This document shows positions 1 to 8,342 of a stretch of 64,000 nucleotides of DNA, in pieces. The stretch comes from Patescibacteria group bacterium. Lineage in GTDB: Bacteria; Patescibacteriota; Minisyncoccia; Phycocordibacterales; DATDWN01. Each line of letters opens with the position of its first letter. The stretch's first letter is position 1. Made by a program: the position numbers and the translations under genes. The notes under the pieces are model-generated. The model was not told the origin of the DNA. It did not search any database and was given only the letters and a program-made list of their open reading frames with translations. The stretch covers positions 7,556 through 71,555 of the forward strand of contig JAZKJH010000003.1 of assembly GCA_040384485.1 (NCBI GenBank), in the 5' to 3' direction.

Positions 1-946
1 ATTCGACATTACCTTTTGGAGAGTAACCTCTCGCAAAAGATGTTGCGGTCGGAAACAGTGTCAAAACCAGGGTGTCGTCTCTCACCGAAACAGTTCTCGG
101 TGTAAGAAACGAAAGGTACTTCAGGAGTTTTAGGTCGAGTAGAGATGGGTTCTCATCCGCCCTGTTACCCATGAGTCCATACCCTGTGTAATGATTCAGT
201 CCCAAGATGTGCATGAGTTCATGACGGATCAGGTCTATCACGAGCGCATTGGCATTCTTGAATGACATAGTACCACCAGCTATTCGACCATCATCATGGA
301 ATTTCCTGGATACCTGACCGGAAGAACCGATCGTTTCATCTATGGTGACAGAAAACGCGACTGGCTCATTACCTGGTTTGGTTCCTGCGGTAGCAGAAAT
401 TCTTCCTTCCAGCATGTTGTTTAGCCAGACTGTTTCCTCTATGACCATATTTAACCCTGGAAAGTTTTTCAACAATTCTGGGTCGATGTTGATATAGAGG
501 TTGTCTTTCAAAATGAGTGCTGGTCTCTTGCCAGGATTTGAAGGAGCTGTTGTGTCTCCGTATATCGCCTCTTCAATGAACTGTTGGGTGATAACGCCAT
601 CCAGTCTCATGATTTTATAATCAGCGACCTTAGATCGAAGTTTGGTGTTCCATGGACCATGAAACCCGTTGGCCTCAATCTTCATGTTTGGCTCAGTCCC
701 GGTAGGAACTTCCCACACAACTTTTCCTTCGGCGTCGGCAGTCTTTTTGATTCCGCCAACATCTACAACTGCTCCAAAAACTGGAGTATTGTTTTCGTCT
801 ACCACTCTCATTGTGACAGCGGTAGTTGGCGCACTCGGTGGCGCAGATGGACCGGTTGGAGCTTCTGTACCACCTCCGCTTCCGCCACAAGAAATATTGA
901 TGACCATGGTGGTCACCAGAACAAAGCGTACAAAAAATACTCTCAC
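1..946 (-). CDS. Secreted zinc metalloprotease (metzincin-like lipoprotein), 3' end cut by window edge
   Basis: This minus-strand frame is absent from the ORF track because it runs off the window. GTG start at 944-946 follows an AAGGGAGG RBS. The N-terminus is hydrophobic with a lipobox-like ..NISC/GGSGG. HELMHILGLNH = HExxHxxGxxH zinc-binding signature encoded near coordinates 160-200. Confidence 0.55.
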   Translation of the reverse strand, partial: MRVFFVRFVLVTTMVINISCGGSGGGTEAPTGPSAPPSAPTTAVTMRVVDENNTPVFGAVVDVGGIKKTADAEGKVVWEVPTGTEPNMKIEANGFHGPWNTKLRSKVADYKIMRLDGVITQQFIEEAIYGDTTAPSNPGKRPALILKDNLYINIDPELLKNFPGLNMVIEETVWLNNMLEGRISATAGTKPGNEPVAFSVTIDETIGSSGQVSRKFHDDGRIAGGTMSFKNANALVIDLIRHELMHILGLNHYTGYGLMGNRADENPSLLDLKLLKYLSFLTPRTVSVRDDTLVLTLFPTATSFARGYSPKGNVE

Positions 947-1090
947 GGCGACCTCCCTTGTCTATGTTTGTTTGCAAAAATCAACGAACTTTATCTGGCT
1001 TAATCCTACCACCAAGCACATTTGGACACAAGTCAACCCCCTATACAAAAACCACAGCAACTTTCATTGCTGTGGTTTTTGATTTTCATT

Positions 1091-4000
1091 TTAGAATTCC
1101 AAATAATCAAACAATCTAGGAATAAAGTTTGGAATAATAGTTCCAGGTTGCTCTACTTCTAACACACACAAGTATGATGAGTCGGTACATAGACCACTCC
1201 AACCAGAGAACTTCCAGAAAGAAGATATCGGATATGCTCGAAGATAGATGACTGTTCCTTCTTCATATATCACTGGACAGTCTGTCGTTCCTGGCTGACA
1301 AGTGATACCCCCTTCGATATCTACACTACCTTTTGGAGTGGCATCGATAACAATGTTGTGTTGAGCTTGAGGGTTTGAAGCTGTACAAGTTCCACTAGGT
1401 GCTCCTCCGTTTAGACCGTTACATACCCATGTTGCACTCGCTCCCGGAGCTGGGAAGGCAGGACTGGCTGACTGAGACCCGGCAGAACAATATGTATCGC
1501 TTCCGTATGAACTAGATCCTACTGGATACGTTCTGTTTGCTGTTCCGCAGAATCCGTTTACAGGAGCAGCAGAAATAGTTACAGAGTAGTTTGTCCATGC
1601 TGAGTTAAGTCCTGGTGCATCTTGAGTTAGGGCTCTGAACGTTTTAGCTCCTGTTGTCGTCCAAGAATATGTAGTGTTTCTGCTTGTTCCTGAACTTACA
1701 TATGATACTCCAGCCGGAAGCCACTCGTCTGCAGTTCCATCCATGTTCCAGTCGACTCCGTATCTTACGGTATCGCTTTGAGCATCCGTAGCTGAGAAAG
1801 TATATGTATAACTTGTATCTGGGTAACCGCTGGTAGAACCAGAAATTGTAGGAACATTTGGAGCTGTGTTACAAGTTGCTGTTGCCGCACAAGCTTGTGA
1901 AGATGCTCCGGAACAGGTTGCTCCTCCGTATGCCGGAGTTGGGTTGGTACAAGTTCTAGTTTGAGAACTTGCAGGTAAACCGCAAGCAGTAGGACATGAT
2001 GCTGGAGACCAAGCTGACCAACCACCATCTAATGACATGTTGAAGTTGGTATCATTGTTTACCCAACCTTGATACAAACCTTGAGTATTGTGAACATAAC
2101 CAGAAATATCGTTACCTGTTGTTGGTGTCGTAAAGTTGGTGTTAGCAATAATAGTAAATGTAGTTGTTCTAGTAATTCCACTTACTGAAGTTCTACAAGA
2201 AACTAGATTTATGTACTCATGACCATAACCATATTGAATTGCGGCCACCCCTTCAGGTAAGTTGCTGCTGTTAAGACAAGTCATTTTATTCTTCTGACTA
2301 TCCCATCCAGTATAGTTGGTATCATAGTACCAAGTTAGATAACCTCTATAGTTACCGATGTTTCCGCCTTGGTAGTTAATGAGGGCATACTCGTGAGTAA
2401 TACTCGCACCTCCACCAATGCCAGTTGGATTAGTTCCAGTTACAACTACATTGTACTGAGTTGAACCATTTGGGTTAACATTTGTTGAACTGATTGTGGT
2501 GCTGACATGTGATGGATAAGCAGAAGCGAAAGTTGCAGAGATAGTTTGACTAGAAGTGATGTTGTTAAAAGTATACGCACTGACTGCTCCAACCGATGAA
2601 CCGTTTACAAGAACATCTGAAATGTAGTACCCAGCAGAAGGTGAAATCGTATATGCTTGACTGCTTCCATATGTTTTAGATGTAGCTCCTGCTGGAGAAA
2701 CAGTTCCACCAGATCCGGCTGAAGCAGTTATGGTGTAAGAGTTTAAAGCACAAGTTGCCGATACTGTACACGCACCAGTTATTGCTCCGGTGGTATAAGT
2801 TGTTCCTGAAAGAGATCCACTACAACCACTAACAGACGGTGTGCCGTAGCCTGTACTCGGAGTTACAGTAAAAGTTGTTGCTGAACCATTATTTACCGAT
2901 CGAGAACTTGGTGATATGGAACAACCCGTTCCCGCTGAAGTTGAGACATTATGTACCAGGCCAAAATTTATATCGAAGTTATCCCAACCGTCTCCAAGGT
3001 TACCGGTGTTCTGTACCGCTCCAGATATATCGTTTGCTGATCCGGGAGAAGTGAAAGCAGGATCAAACCTAACGTTAAAGTTAACTGTTCTACTGTTTCC
3101 AGAATCACTCACAGTACAAGAGTTAAGGTTGATGTATTCCGTACCGTAACCCAATCCATATACAATACCAACTCCCCCTCCACAACTCGCAGTACTACCT
3201 GGTTTTGCTGACCACAAACTACTTGCTCCTGTGTTCCACATTAGATATCCCTTGTAGTTACCTCCATTTCCACCTTGATAGTTAATAAGACCAAGTAAAT
3301 AATATAGATTAGATGCGCCTCCTGGATTAGAGCCGGTAACGGAAACTGTGTATGCAGTAGAGTTGTCAGCAACTATATTTGAAGAACTTATTGTTACACT
3401 ATCCACTGAAGGTGTACATGTGTTATTTGCTGGTGTTGTTGCGGAACAACTACTCCAACCACTCCATGATCCCTGACTGCAAGTTCTGGTTTGCGTACCT
3501 GTTGATGTGCTTCCGCAGGCATTCGCCGCAGAGGTACAACTTTGTGAAGATGCTCCAGAACAAGCTGGGTAATCTACCGTAATAGATGCCGTATCTGATG
3601 CGGCTGTTCCAGCAGCATTAACACAAGTAAAAGTATATGTTGCATTTCCTTGTCCCCATGATAAATTCCCCGAGTCATAACTGGTCGCACCAAGAGGTGC
3701 GTTAGTCCAGTTTCCAGAGTAACTACCTGAACGAGACCACGTACAAGAGGATGCATTTGTTGATGTCATTGTTATACGAAAAGATGTCGGACTCTGTACG
3801 CTAGTTGGCGTTGCAGTTGCATCAACAGTAGAAAGTGGGCACAACGCATTTGATGGAGTTACTCCTGCTGCTCCACTACATGTTCCGTTACACTGTTGTG
3901 TACCTGCGCTACCAGGGTTAGTCATCCCACAAGCGTTTGGCGAAGACGTCGCACCAGTACATGCATTGCCGTATCCCGTAGGGTTTGCTGGTGCAGTAGA

Positions 4001-5239
4001 TGAACAAGTTCCGTTACATTGCCAAGTACCATTCGCCTGAGTTTGTCCACACGCGTTAGCTGGAGATGTACATGCTGCACCATATGTGTTTCCTCCAGGT
4101 ATTGTTACTGCTGGTGCAGTAGATGAGCAGCTTCCGTTACATTGTAAAGTTCCATTTGCTTGAGTTTGTCCACACACGTTAGCTGGCGATGTACATGAGT
4201 TTCCGTATCCAGCTGGGTTTGATGGCGTTGAAGCTGAACAGCTACTCCAGCCGCTCCAACTTCCCGCATTACAAGTTCTAGTTTGAGTACCATTTGCAGT
4301 TGTACCACAGGAGTTAGCAGCGGATGTACAGCTTTGCGAAGATTCCCCAACACAAGGCGGGTAGGTCACAGTAAAGTTTTGAGTCAGCTCATTGCCAAAC
4401 CATTCGTAACCTGAATTGCCTCCTCCAATATTCCCACACTGAGTCCCATCCCATAGCTGATATGTATAGTCTGGAAAAGGCCCGTGATGCATCTGCATAG
4501 TAAGACTATAATTTCCAGGCGTAGATGGTGCAGTCAGAGTAATAGTTCTGTAGCCCCAAGAACCCCCACCATATCCACTAGGAGCAGTCGGGGGATTAGC
4601 ATAAGAACCTAGGTCATCCGAATACAAACTGAGAGACTGGCCTCCGCTCTTTTGAATAAATTTATAAAACGCTGTACTGTCCCATCCCCAACCTCCGTGG
4701 TACCACCAGGTCGTTCCGGTGTTTCTAATTCTTACTGTAAAGTTATAGGTCTGACCTATTATCATTGTTCCAGGCAATGCACTCGTTAGTTCGGCTTCTG
4801 CGGATTCTATACAACTATCAGAAATAGTGTGTACAACTCCAGGGCCTGAGCTATATGTTGCTCTATAGAAATTTGAATAACCACAAAATGTTGGAACATT
4901 CGATGCATCGTAAACATAAACGTGAACAAAAATGTTCCCTGTTTCTGGATGACTTGCAAGGTTTATGTCTGCATACCAGGTACCACCTCCCTGGTTAACA
5001 CCTGGATACCAAACTATGTCGTCCTGTCCTCCTGATTCACTCCAAGTCGGAAAGTATAAATGCCCCAATGAACCAGTAACACCATGTGCATATGCTCTTC
5101 TGGTTCCAGAGACGCCATAAACTGTATCCCCACTAGGAGCAGCGTAGGAACACCATGCTGCTTGAGCACCTACTTCACTTGGGATAATTAGGCTTCCTAA
5201 AAAAGTAATTATCAATCCCAAAAAAATGAGTTTTTTCAT
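1091..5239 (-). CDS. Giant secreted cysteine-rich surface protein (1382 aa) with TSP1-like WSxWS/QTRTC repeats, Cys-rich ~35-aa repeats and a C-terminal InlB-B-repeat-like (F.GWSG.C) domain
   Basis: Uninterrupted 4.1-kb ORF. Signal peptide MKKLIFLGLIITFLGSLIIPSEVGA. Repeated SQSCTSAAN.CG.T..GTQTRTC..GSWSGWSSCS and GGWSAWSPASCPTACG...QTRTC motifs resemble thrombospondin type 1 repeats. The C-terminal ~225 aa are identical to the downstream paralog. Confidence 0.8.
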   Translation of the reverse strand: MKKLIFLGLIITFLGSLIIPSEVGAQAAWCSYAAPSGDTVYGVSGTRRAYAHGVTGSLGHLYFPTWSESGGQDDIVWYPGVNQGGGTWYADINLASHPETGNIFVHVYVYDASNVPTFCGYSNFYRATYSSGPGVVHTISDSCIESAEAELTSALPGTMIIGQTYNFTVRIRNTGTTWWYHGGWGWDSTAFYKFIQKSGGQSLSLYSDDLGSYANPPTAPSGYGGGSWGYRTITLTAPSTPGNYSLTMQMHHGPFPDYTYQLWDGTQCGNIGGGNSGYEWFGNELTQNFTVTYPPCVGESSQSCTSAANSCGTTANGTQTRTCNAGSWSGWSSCSASTPSNPAGYGNSCTSPANVCGQTQANGTLQCNGSCSSTAPAVTIPGGNTYGAACTSPANACGQTQANGTWQCNGTCSSTAPANPTGYGNACTGATSSPNACGMTNPGSAGTQQCNGTCSGAAGVTPSNALCPLSTVDATATPTSVQSPTSFRITMTSTNASSCTWSRSGSYSGNWTNAPLGATSYDSGNLSWGQGNATYTFTCVNAAGTAASDTASITVDYPACSGASSQSCTSAANACGSTSTGTQTRTCSQGSWSGWSSCSATTPANNTCTPSVDSVTISSSNIVADNSTAYTVSVTGSNPGGASNLYYLLGLINYQGGNGGNYKGYLMWNTGASSLWSAKPGSTASCGGGVGIVYGLGYGTEYINLNSCTVSDSGNSRTVNFNVRFDPAFTSPGSANDISGAVQNTGNLGDGWDNFDINFGLVHNVSTSAGTGCSISPSSRSVNNGSATTFTVTPSTGYGTPSVSGCSGSLSGTTYTTGAITGACTVSATCALNSYTITASAGSGGTVSPAGATSKTYGSSQAYTISPSAGYYISDVLVNGSSVGAVSAYTFNNITSSQTISATFASAYPSHVSTTISSTNVNPNGSTQYNVVVTGTNPTGIGGGASITHEYALINYQGGNIGNYRGYLTWYYDTNYTGWDSQKNKMTCLNSSNLPEGVAAIQYGYGHEYINLVSCRTSVSGITRTTTFTIIANTNFTTPTTGNDISGYVHNTQGLYQGWVNNDTNFNMSLDGGWSAWSPASCPTACGLPASSQTRTCTNPTPAYGGATCSGASSQACAATATCNTAPNVPTISGSTSGYPDTSYTYTFSATDAQSDTVRYGVDWNMDGTADEWLPAGVSYVSSGTSRNTTYSWTTTGAKTFRALTQDAPGLNSAWTNYSVTISAAPVNGFCGTANRTYPVGSSSYGSDTYCSAGSQSASPAFPAPGASATWVCNGLNGGAPSGTCTASNPQAQHNIVIDATPKGSVDIEGGITCQPGTTDCPVIYEEGTVIYLRAYPISSFWKFSGWSGLCTDSSYLCVLEVEQPGTIIPNFIPRLFDYLEF
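1092..1764. repeat. Copy 1 of ~673-bp direct repeat (3' coding end of giant surface protein gene)
   Basis: Sequence beginning tagaattccaaataatcaaacaatctaggaataaag... reads the same as 5749..6421 (offset 4657 bp). Identity starts inside the stop codon and ends at ...gactccgtatc. Confidence 0.8.
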
Positions 5240-5243
5240 GTTA

Positions 5244-5624
5244 TTAAAAATTTAGAATCTGAACTTTGTCTGCTAGATACTGACCCTCCCCGTCAACTTT
5301 ATAAAAGACAACTACTCGTTGCCCAACTTTTATATCTGAAATAGAAGCTGGTATGTTTTTGTATGCATTACCTTCTTTAATTTGTTGGGTAAAAACAGTA
5401 GTGCTATCCAACAAAGCTATTGTTTGAGTGGAGCCGGCAGTCAGGGTAATAGTTTGTCCTTCCAGACTTACAACATCCGCCATAATAAAATCAGGTAATA
5501 CACCTACATTTTCATTTTGTGAGTTAATATTTTTATTTGAGGAACTTTTTTCATAAAAGTAGAAACAAAAGAGAATCACTAGAAAAACCACCAACAAACC
5601 CAAAAAAGATTTATACTTTTTCAT
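5244..5624 (-). CDS. Small N-terminally membrane-anchored hypothetical protein (126 aa)
   Basis: ORF with N-terminal TM segment, 5 bp upstream of the giant gene 1091..5239 (likely co-transcribed). Conserved 35-bp motif ~25 bp upstream. Confidence 0.5.
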   Translation of the reverse strand: MKKYKSFLGLLVVFLVILFCFYFYEKSSSNKNINSQNENVGVLPDFIMADVVSLEGQTITLTAGSTQTIALLDSTTVFTQQIKEGNAYKNIPASISDIKVGQRVVVFYKVDGEGQYLADKVQILNF

Positions 5625-5647
5625 AATACCTATATTCTACTATACAT

Positions 5648-5683
5648 AAAAATAGAATACACTTTTTGCATTGTGGATAGTAC
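5648..5683 (-). promoter_or_regulatory. Conserved upstream motif AAAATAGAATACAyTTTTTkCAkTTGTGGATAGTrC (copy 1)
   Basis: Near-identical 35-bp sequence (29-30/35) also present at 8305..8340 upstream of the paralogous giant gene. Contains a TATCCACA-like (DnaA-box-like) core and AT-rich -10-like elements. Confidence 0.45.
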
Positions 5684-5747
5684 ACCAAACGGCTGTATAA
5701 AAACACTGCTTCAAATCAGGTTTGGCTAGGTTACTTTTTTCGTGACC

Positions 5748-8222
5748 CTAGAATTCCAAATAATCAAACAATCTAGGAATAAAGTTTGGAATAATAGTTC
5801 CAGGTTGCTCTACTTCTAACACACACAAGTATGATGAGTCGGTACATAGACCACTCCAACCAGAGAACTTCCAGAAAGAAGATATCGGATATGCTCGAAG
5901 ATAGATGACTGTTCCTTCTTCATATATCACTGGACAGTCTGTCGTTCCTGGCTGACAAGTGATACCCCCTTCGATATCTACACTACCTTTTGGAGTGGCA
6001 TCGATAACAATGTTGTGTTGAGCTTGAGGGTTTGAAGCTGTACAAGTTCCACTAGGTGCTCCTCCGTTTAGACCGTTACATACCCATGTTGCACTCGCTC
6101 CCGGAGCTGGGAAGGCAGGACTGGCTGACTGAGACCCGGCAGAACAATATGTATCGCTTCCGTATGAACTAGATCCTACTGGATACGTTCTGTTTGCTGT
6201 TCCGCAGAATCCGTTTACAGGAGCAGCAGAAATAGTTACAGAGTAGTTTGTCCATGCTGAGTTAAGTCCTGGTGCATCTTGAGTTAGGGCTCTGAACGTT
6301 TTAGCTCCTGTTGTCGTCCAAGAATATGTAGTGTTTCTGCTTGTTCCTGAACTTACATATGATACTCCAGCCGGAAGCCACTCGTCTGCAGTTCCATCCA
6401 TGTTCCAGTCGACTCCGTATCGGATTTGGTCGCCTTGTGGATCAGTCGCAGTAAATGTGTATGTGTAACTTGTGCTTGGATATCCTGTCGTTGGACCAGA
6501 TATTGTTGGGGCGTTTGCTGATGTATTACATGATGCTAAAGGAGAAGTAGTTTGAGCTGGGCTAGTTGCTCTTGACCCCGACTGCCCACCAGCATTTGAT
6601 GCTCTAACAGTATATGTATATGCAGTTGAACCACTCAAGCCAGTGTCTGAATGAGACGTACCTGTACTGTTATAAATCACTGCTCCATTTCTGTAAACTT
6701 GATAACTTGTCGCTCCAGACACAGAAGACCATGACAAATTGATAGTGCCGGTACCGCAAGTACTCGGTGTTGCGGTAAGAGATGCTGGAATAGCTGGTGG
6801 ATTTGCAGTCCATGTAGCAGTTAGACTTTGACCACCAGATGGCATAGTTGAAGCTAATGCTGGAGACCATCCTGCAAAAATGAATCCGGCCCTAGTCGGG
6901 TTTGCTGGTGCTGAAACAGCAGTACCGTATTGTTGCGTAATAGTTGAAACGGCAGAACCACCTGCTGAGTTGAAGGTTATGTTGTACGAATTTACGGTAC
7001 ATCCAGTTGCTGAATACGTACCAGACAATGAACCGTTTGAACAAGTTCTTGTTTGCGATGAACATACATCAGCAGCTGATGCAGAGTAAGCTGTGTTTGA
7101 ATACCCGTGAGCTACTGTTCCCCATGGACTTGAACAGCTAGCTGGACCTTCTACAGAACAAGATGTTGCTGTGTAGCTTCCTGACATACTTCCATTTGAA
7201 CAAGTTCTAGTTTGAGGTGCACATGATGAGCCGTATGGTACTGATGAAGATTGGTAAGCTGTGTTTGAATACCCGTGAGCTACTGTTCCCCATGGACTTG
7301 AACAGCTAGCTGGACCTTCTACAGAACAAGATGTTGCTGTGTAGCTTCCGGTCAGTGTTCCGCTTGAACATGTTCGTGTTTGGGATGCACAAGAGGAACC
7401 GTATGGGACCGAAGATGTTTGGTATGCAGTGTTTGAGTATCCATGCGTTACTGCTCCCCAAGGGGTACTCGCACAACCTGGGGTACAAGATGTAACTGTG
7501 TAGCTTCCTGACATGCTTCCGTTTGAACAAGTTCTAGTTTGAGGAGAACATGCGCCTGCTGGAGACGACTCAGAGTATGCAGTGTTAGAGTACCCGTGAG
7601 CTACTGTTCCCCATGGACTAGAACAACCACAATAATTAGCGACAGCGGTTGGACCACTAGACGCAGATGGTGACGTGCCACCTGCATTTGAAGCAGTTAT
7701 TGTATATGAGTAGGATCCTCCTATTGTAAGTCCGGTGTCTGAAATAGCTAGAGACCCTCCGTTGTATATAAGTGTGCCGTTTCTATATACTTGGTAACTT
7801 GTTGCTCCTGCCACTGCATTCCATGAAAGATTTATCCAGTTATTACCACAAGAACTGGGTCCTGACCAAAAACCTGTTACCGTTTCCAGTATTGAACCGT
7901 AACAATAAGCCACATCTTGATTCCCTAGGTTTCTAGTATAACCTTCGTACACATATCCGCTTTGAAAATAACAAATGTTTGAAAAGGTATATGGATTTAC
8001 TGTTTGATATTCGGTTGTACCTCCCCCATTATTTGAACACGAAACTCTATACTCGTGGGCAGTTCCGTCCCAACTGCCAGATGTTGGGGTGGCTAAAATG
8101 GTTATGTCAGCATAACCACCGCTTTGACTAACTTGTACCGAACAAACTTCTTCAGCCAAAAGCGTACCTGCCGAAAAAACATATAAAAATGCGAGCGCAA
8201 AAACAAATATAAAATTTTTCAT
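5748..8222 (-). CDS. Giant secreted cysteine-rich surface protein paralog (824 aa) with FN3-like, InlB-B-repeat-like and four tandem ~56-aa Cys-repeats
   Basis: Signal peptide MKNFIFVFALAFLYVFSAGTLLA. FN3-like ...ATSYQVYRNG... modules. GFIFAGWSP InlB-B-like repeat. Four tandem SPWGTVAHGYSNTAY..C..QTRTCSNGS.SGSYTATSC repeats. C-terminus identical to gene 1091..5239. Confidence 0.8.
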   Translation of the reverse strand: MKNFIFVFALAFLYVFSAGTLLAEEVCSVQVSQSGGYADITILATPTSGSWDGTAHEYRVSCSNNGGGTTEYQTVNPYTFSNICYFQSGYVYEGYTRNLGNQDVAYCYGSILETVTGFWSGPSSCGNNWINLSWNAVAGATSYQVYRNGTLIYNGGSLAISDTGLTIGGSYSYTITASNAGGTSPSASSGPTAVANYCGCSSPWGTVAHGYSNTAYSESSPAGACSPQTRTCSNGSMSGSYTVTSCTPGCASTPWGAVTHGYSNTAYQTSSVPYGSSCASQTRTCSSGTLTGSYTATSCSVEGPASCSSPWGTVAHGYSNTAYQSSSVPYGSSCAPQTRTCSNGSMSGSYTATSCSVEGPASCSSPWGTVAHGYSNTAYSASAADVCSSQTRTCSNGSLSGTYSATGCTVNSYNITFNSAGGSAVSTITQQYGTAVSAPANPTRAGFIFAGWSPALASTMPSGGQSLTATWTANPPAIPASLTATPSTCGTGTINLSWSSVSGATSYQVYRNGAVIYNSTGTSHSDTGLSGSTAYTYTVRASNAGGQSGSRATSPAQTTSPLASCNTSANAPTISGPTTGYPSTSYTYTFTATDPQGDQIRYGVDWNMDGTADEWLPAGVSYVSSGTSRNTTYSWTTTGAKTFRALTQDAPGLNSAWTNYSVTISAAPVNGFCGTANRTYPVGSSSYGSDTYCSAGSQSASPAFPAPGASATWVCNGLNGGAPSGTCTASNPQAQHNIVIDATPKGSVDIEGGITCQPGTTDCPVIYEEGTVIYLRAYPISSFWKFSGWSGLCTDSSYLCVLEVEQPGTIIPNFIPRLFDYLEF
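5749..6421. repeat. Copy 2 of ~673-bp direct repeat
   Basis: Same sequence as 1092..1764. Encodes the shared C-terminal domain ...FWKFSGWSGLCTDSSYLCVLEVEQPGTIIPNFIPRLFDYLEF. Confidence 0.8.
7088..7700. repeat. Intragenic tandem repeat, period 168 bp, ~3.7 copies
   Basis: aagctgtgtttgaatacccgtgagctactgttccccatggacttgaacagctagctggaccttctacagaacaagatgttgctgtgtagcttcc recurs at 7088, 7256 and 7424 (diverged), with a fourth at 7577. Encodes the ~56-aa Cys-repeats. Confidence 0.75.
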
Positions 8223-8304
8223 GAGATTATGCGTAGATTTAAATTTAGATTAAACCAAGATGTAATATTCAAACAGCACTAACTATATATAGCTTACTAC
8301 ACAT

Positions 8305-8340
8305 GAAAATAGAATACATTTTTTCAGTTGTGGATAGTGC
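8305..8340 (-). promoter_or_regulatory. Conserved upstream motif (copy 2)
   Basis: gaaaatagaatacattttttcagttgtggatagtgc, ~85 bp upstream of the start of gene 5748..8222. Paralogous to 5648..5683. Confidence 0.45.
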
Positions 8341-8342
8341 GA

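Noticed and set aside
584-1082. ORF-track entries 584..1003(+), 669..1082(+), 693..977(-) as genes
   Set aside because: Low-complexity, motif-free translations. They are fully explained by the minus-strand metalloprotease gene in a different frame (GTG at 946, HExxHxxGxxH motif).
1092-6421. Diversity-generating retroelement (template/variable repeat) explanation for the shared 3' ends
   Set aside because: The repeats are ~673 bp and apparently identical rather than ~100-150 bp with adenine-specific differences. No reverse transcriptase gene is nearby.
1765-8222. Numerous 60-125 aa ORFs antisense to or out of frame within the giant surface-protein genes (e.g. 1765..2028, 2916..3149, 3379..3582, 4105..4353, 6670..6870, 6880..7089, 7306..7530)
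   Set aside because: They are embedded in long uninterrupted ORFs with strong domain signals and have no RBS or start context. They are frame-shadow artefacts of the repetitive sequence.
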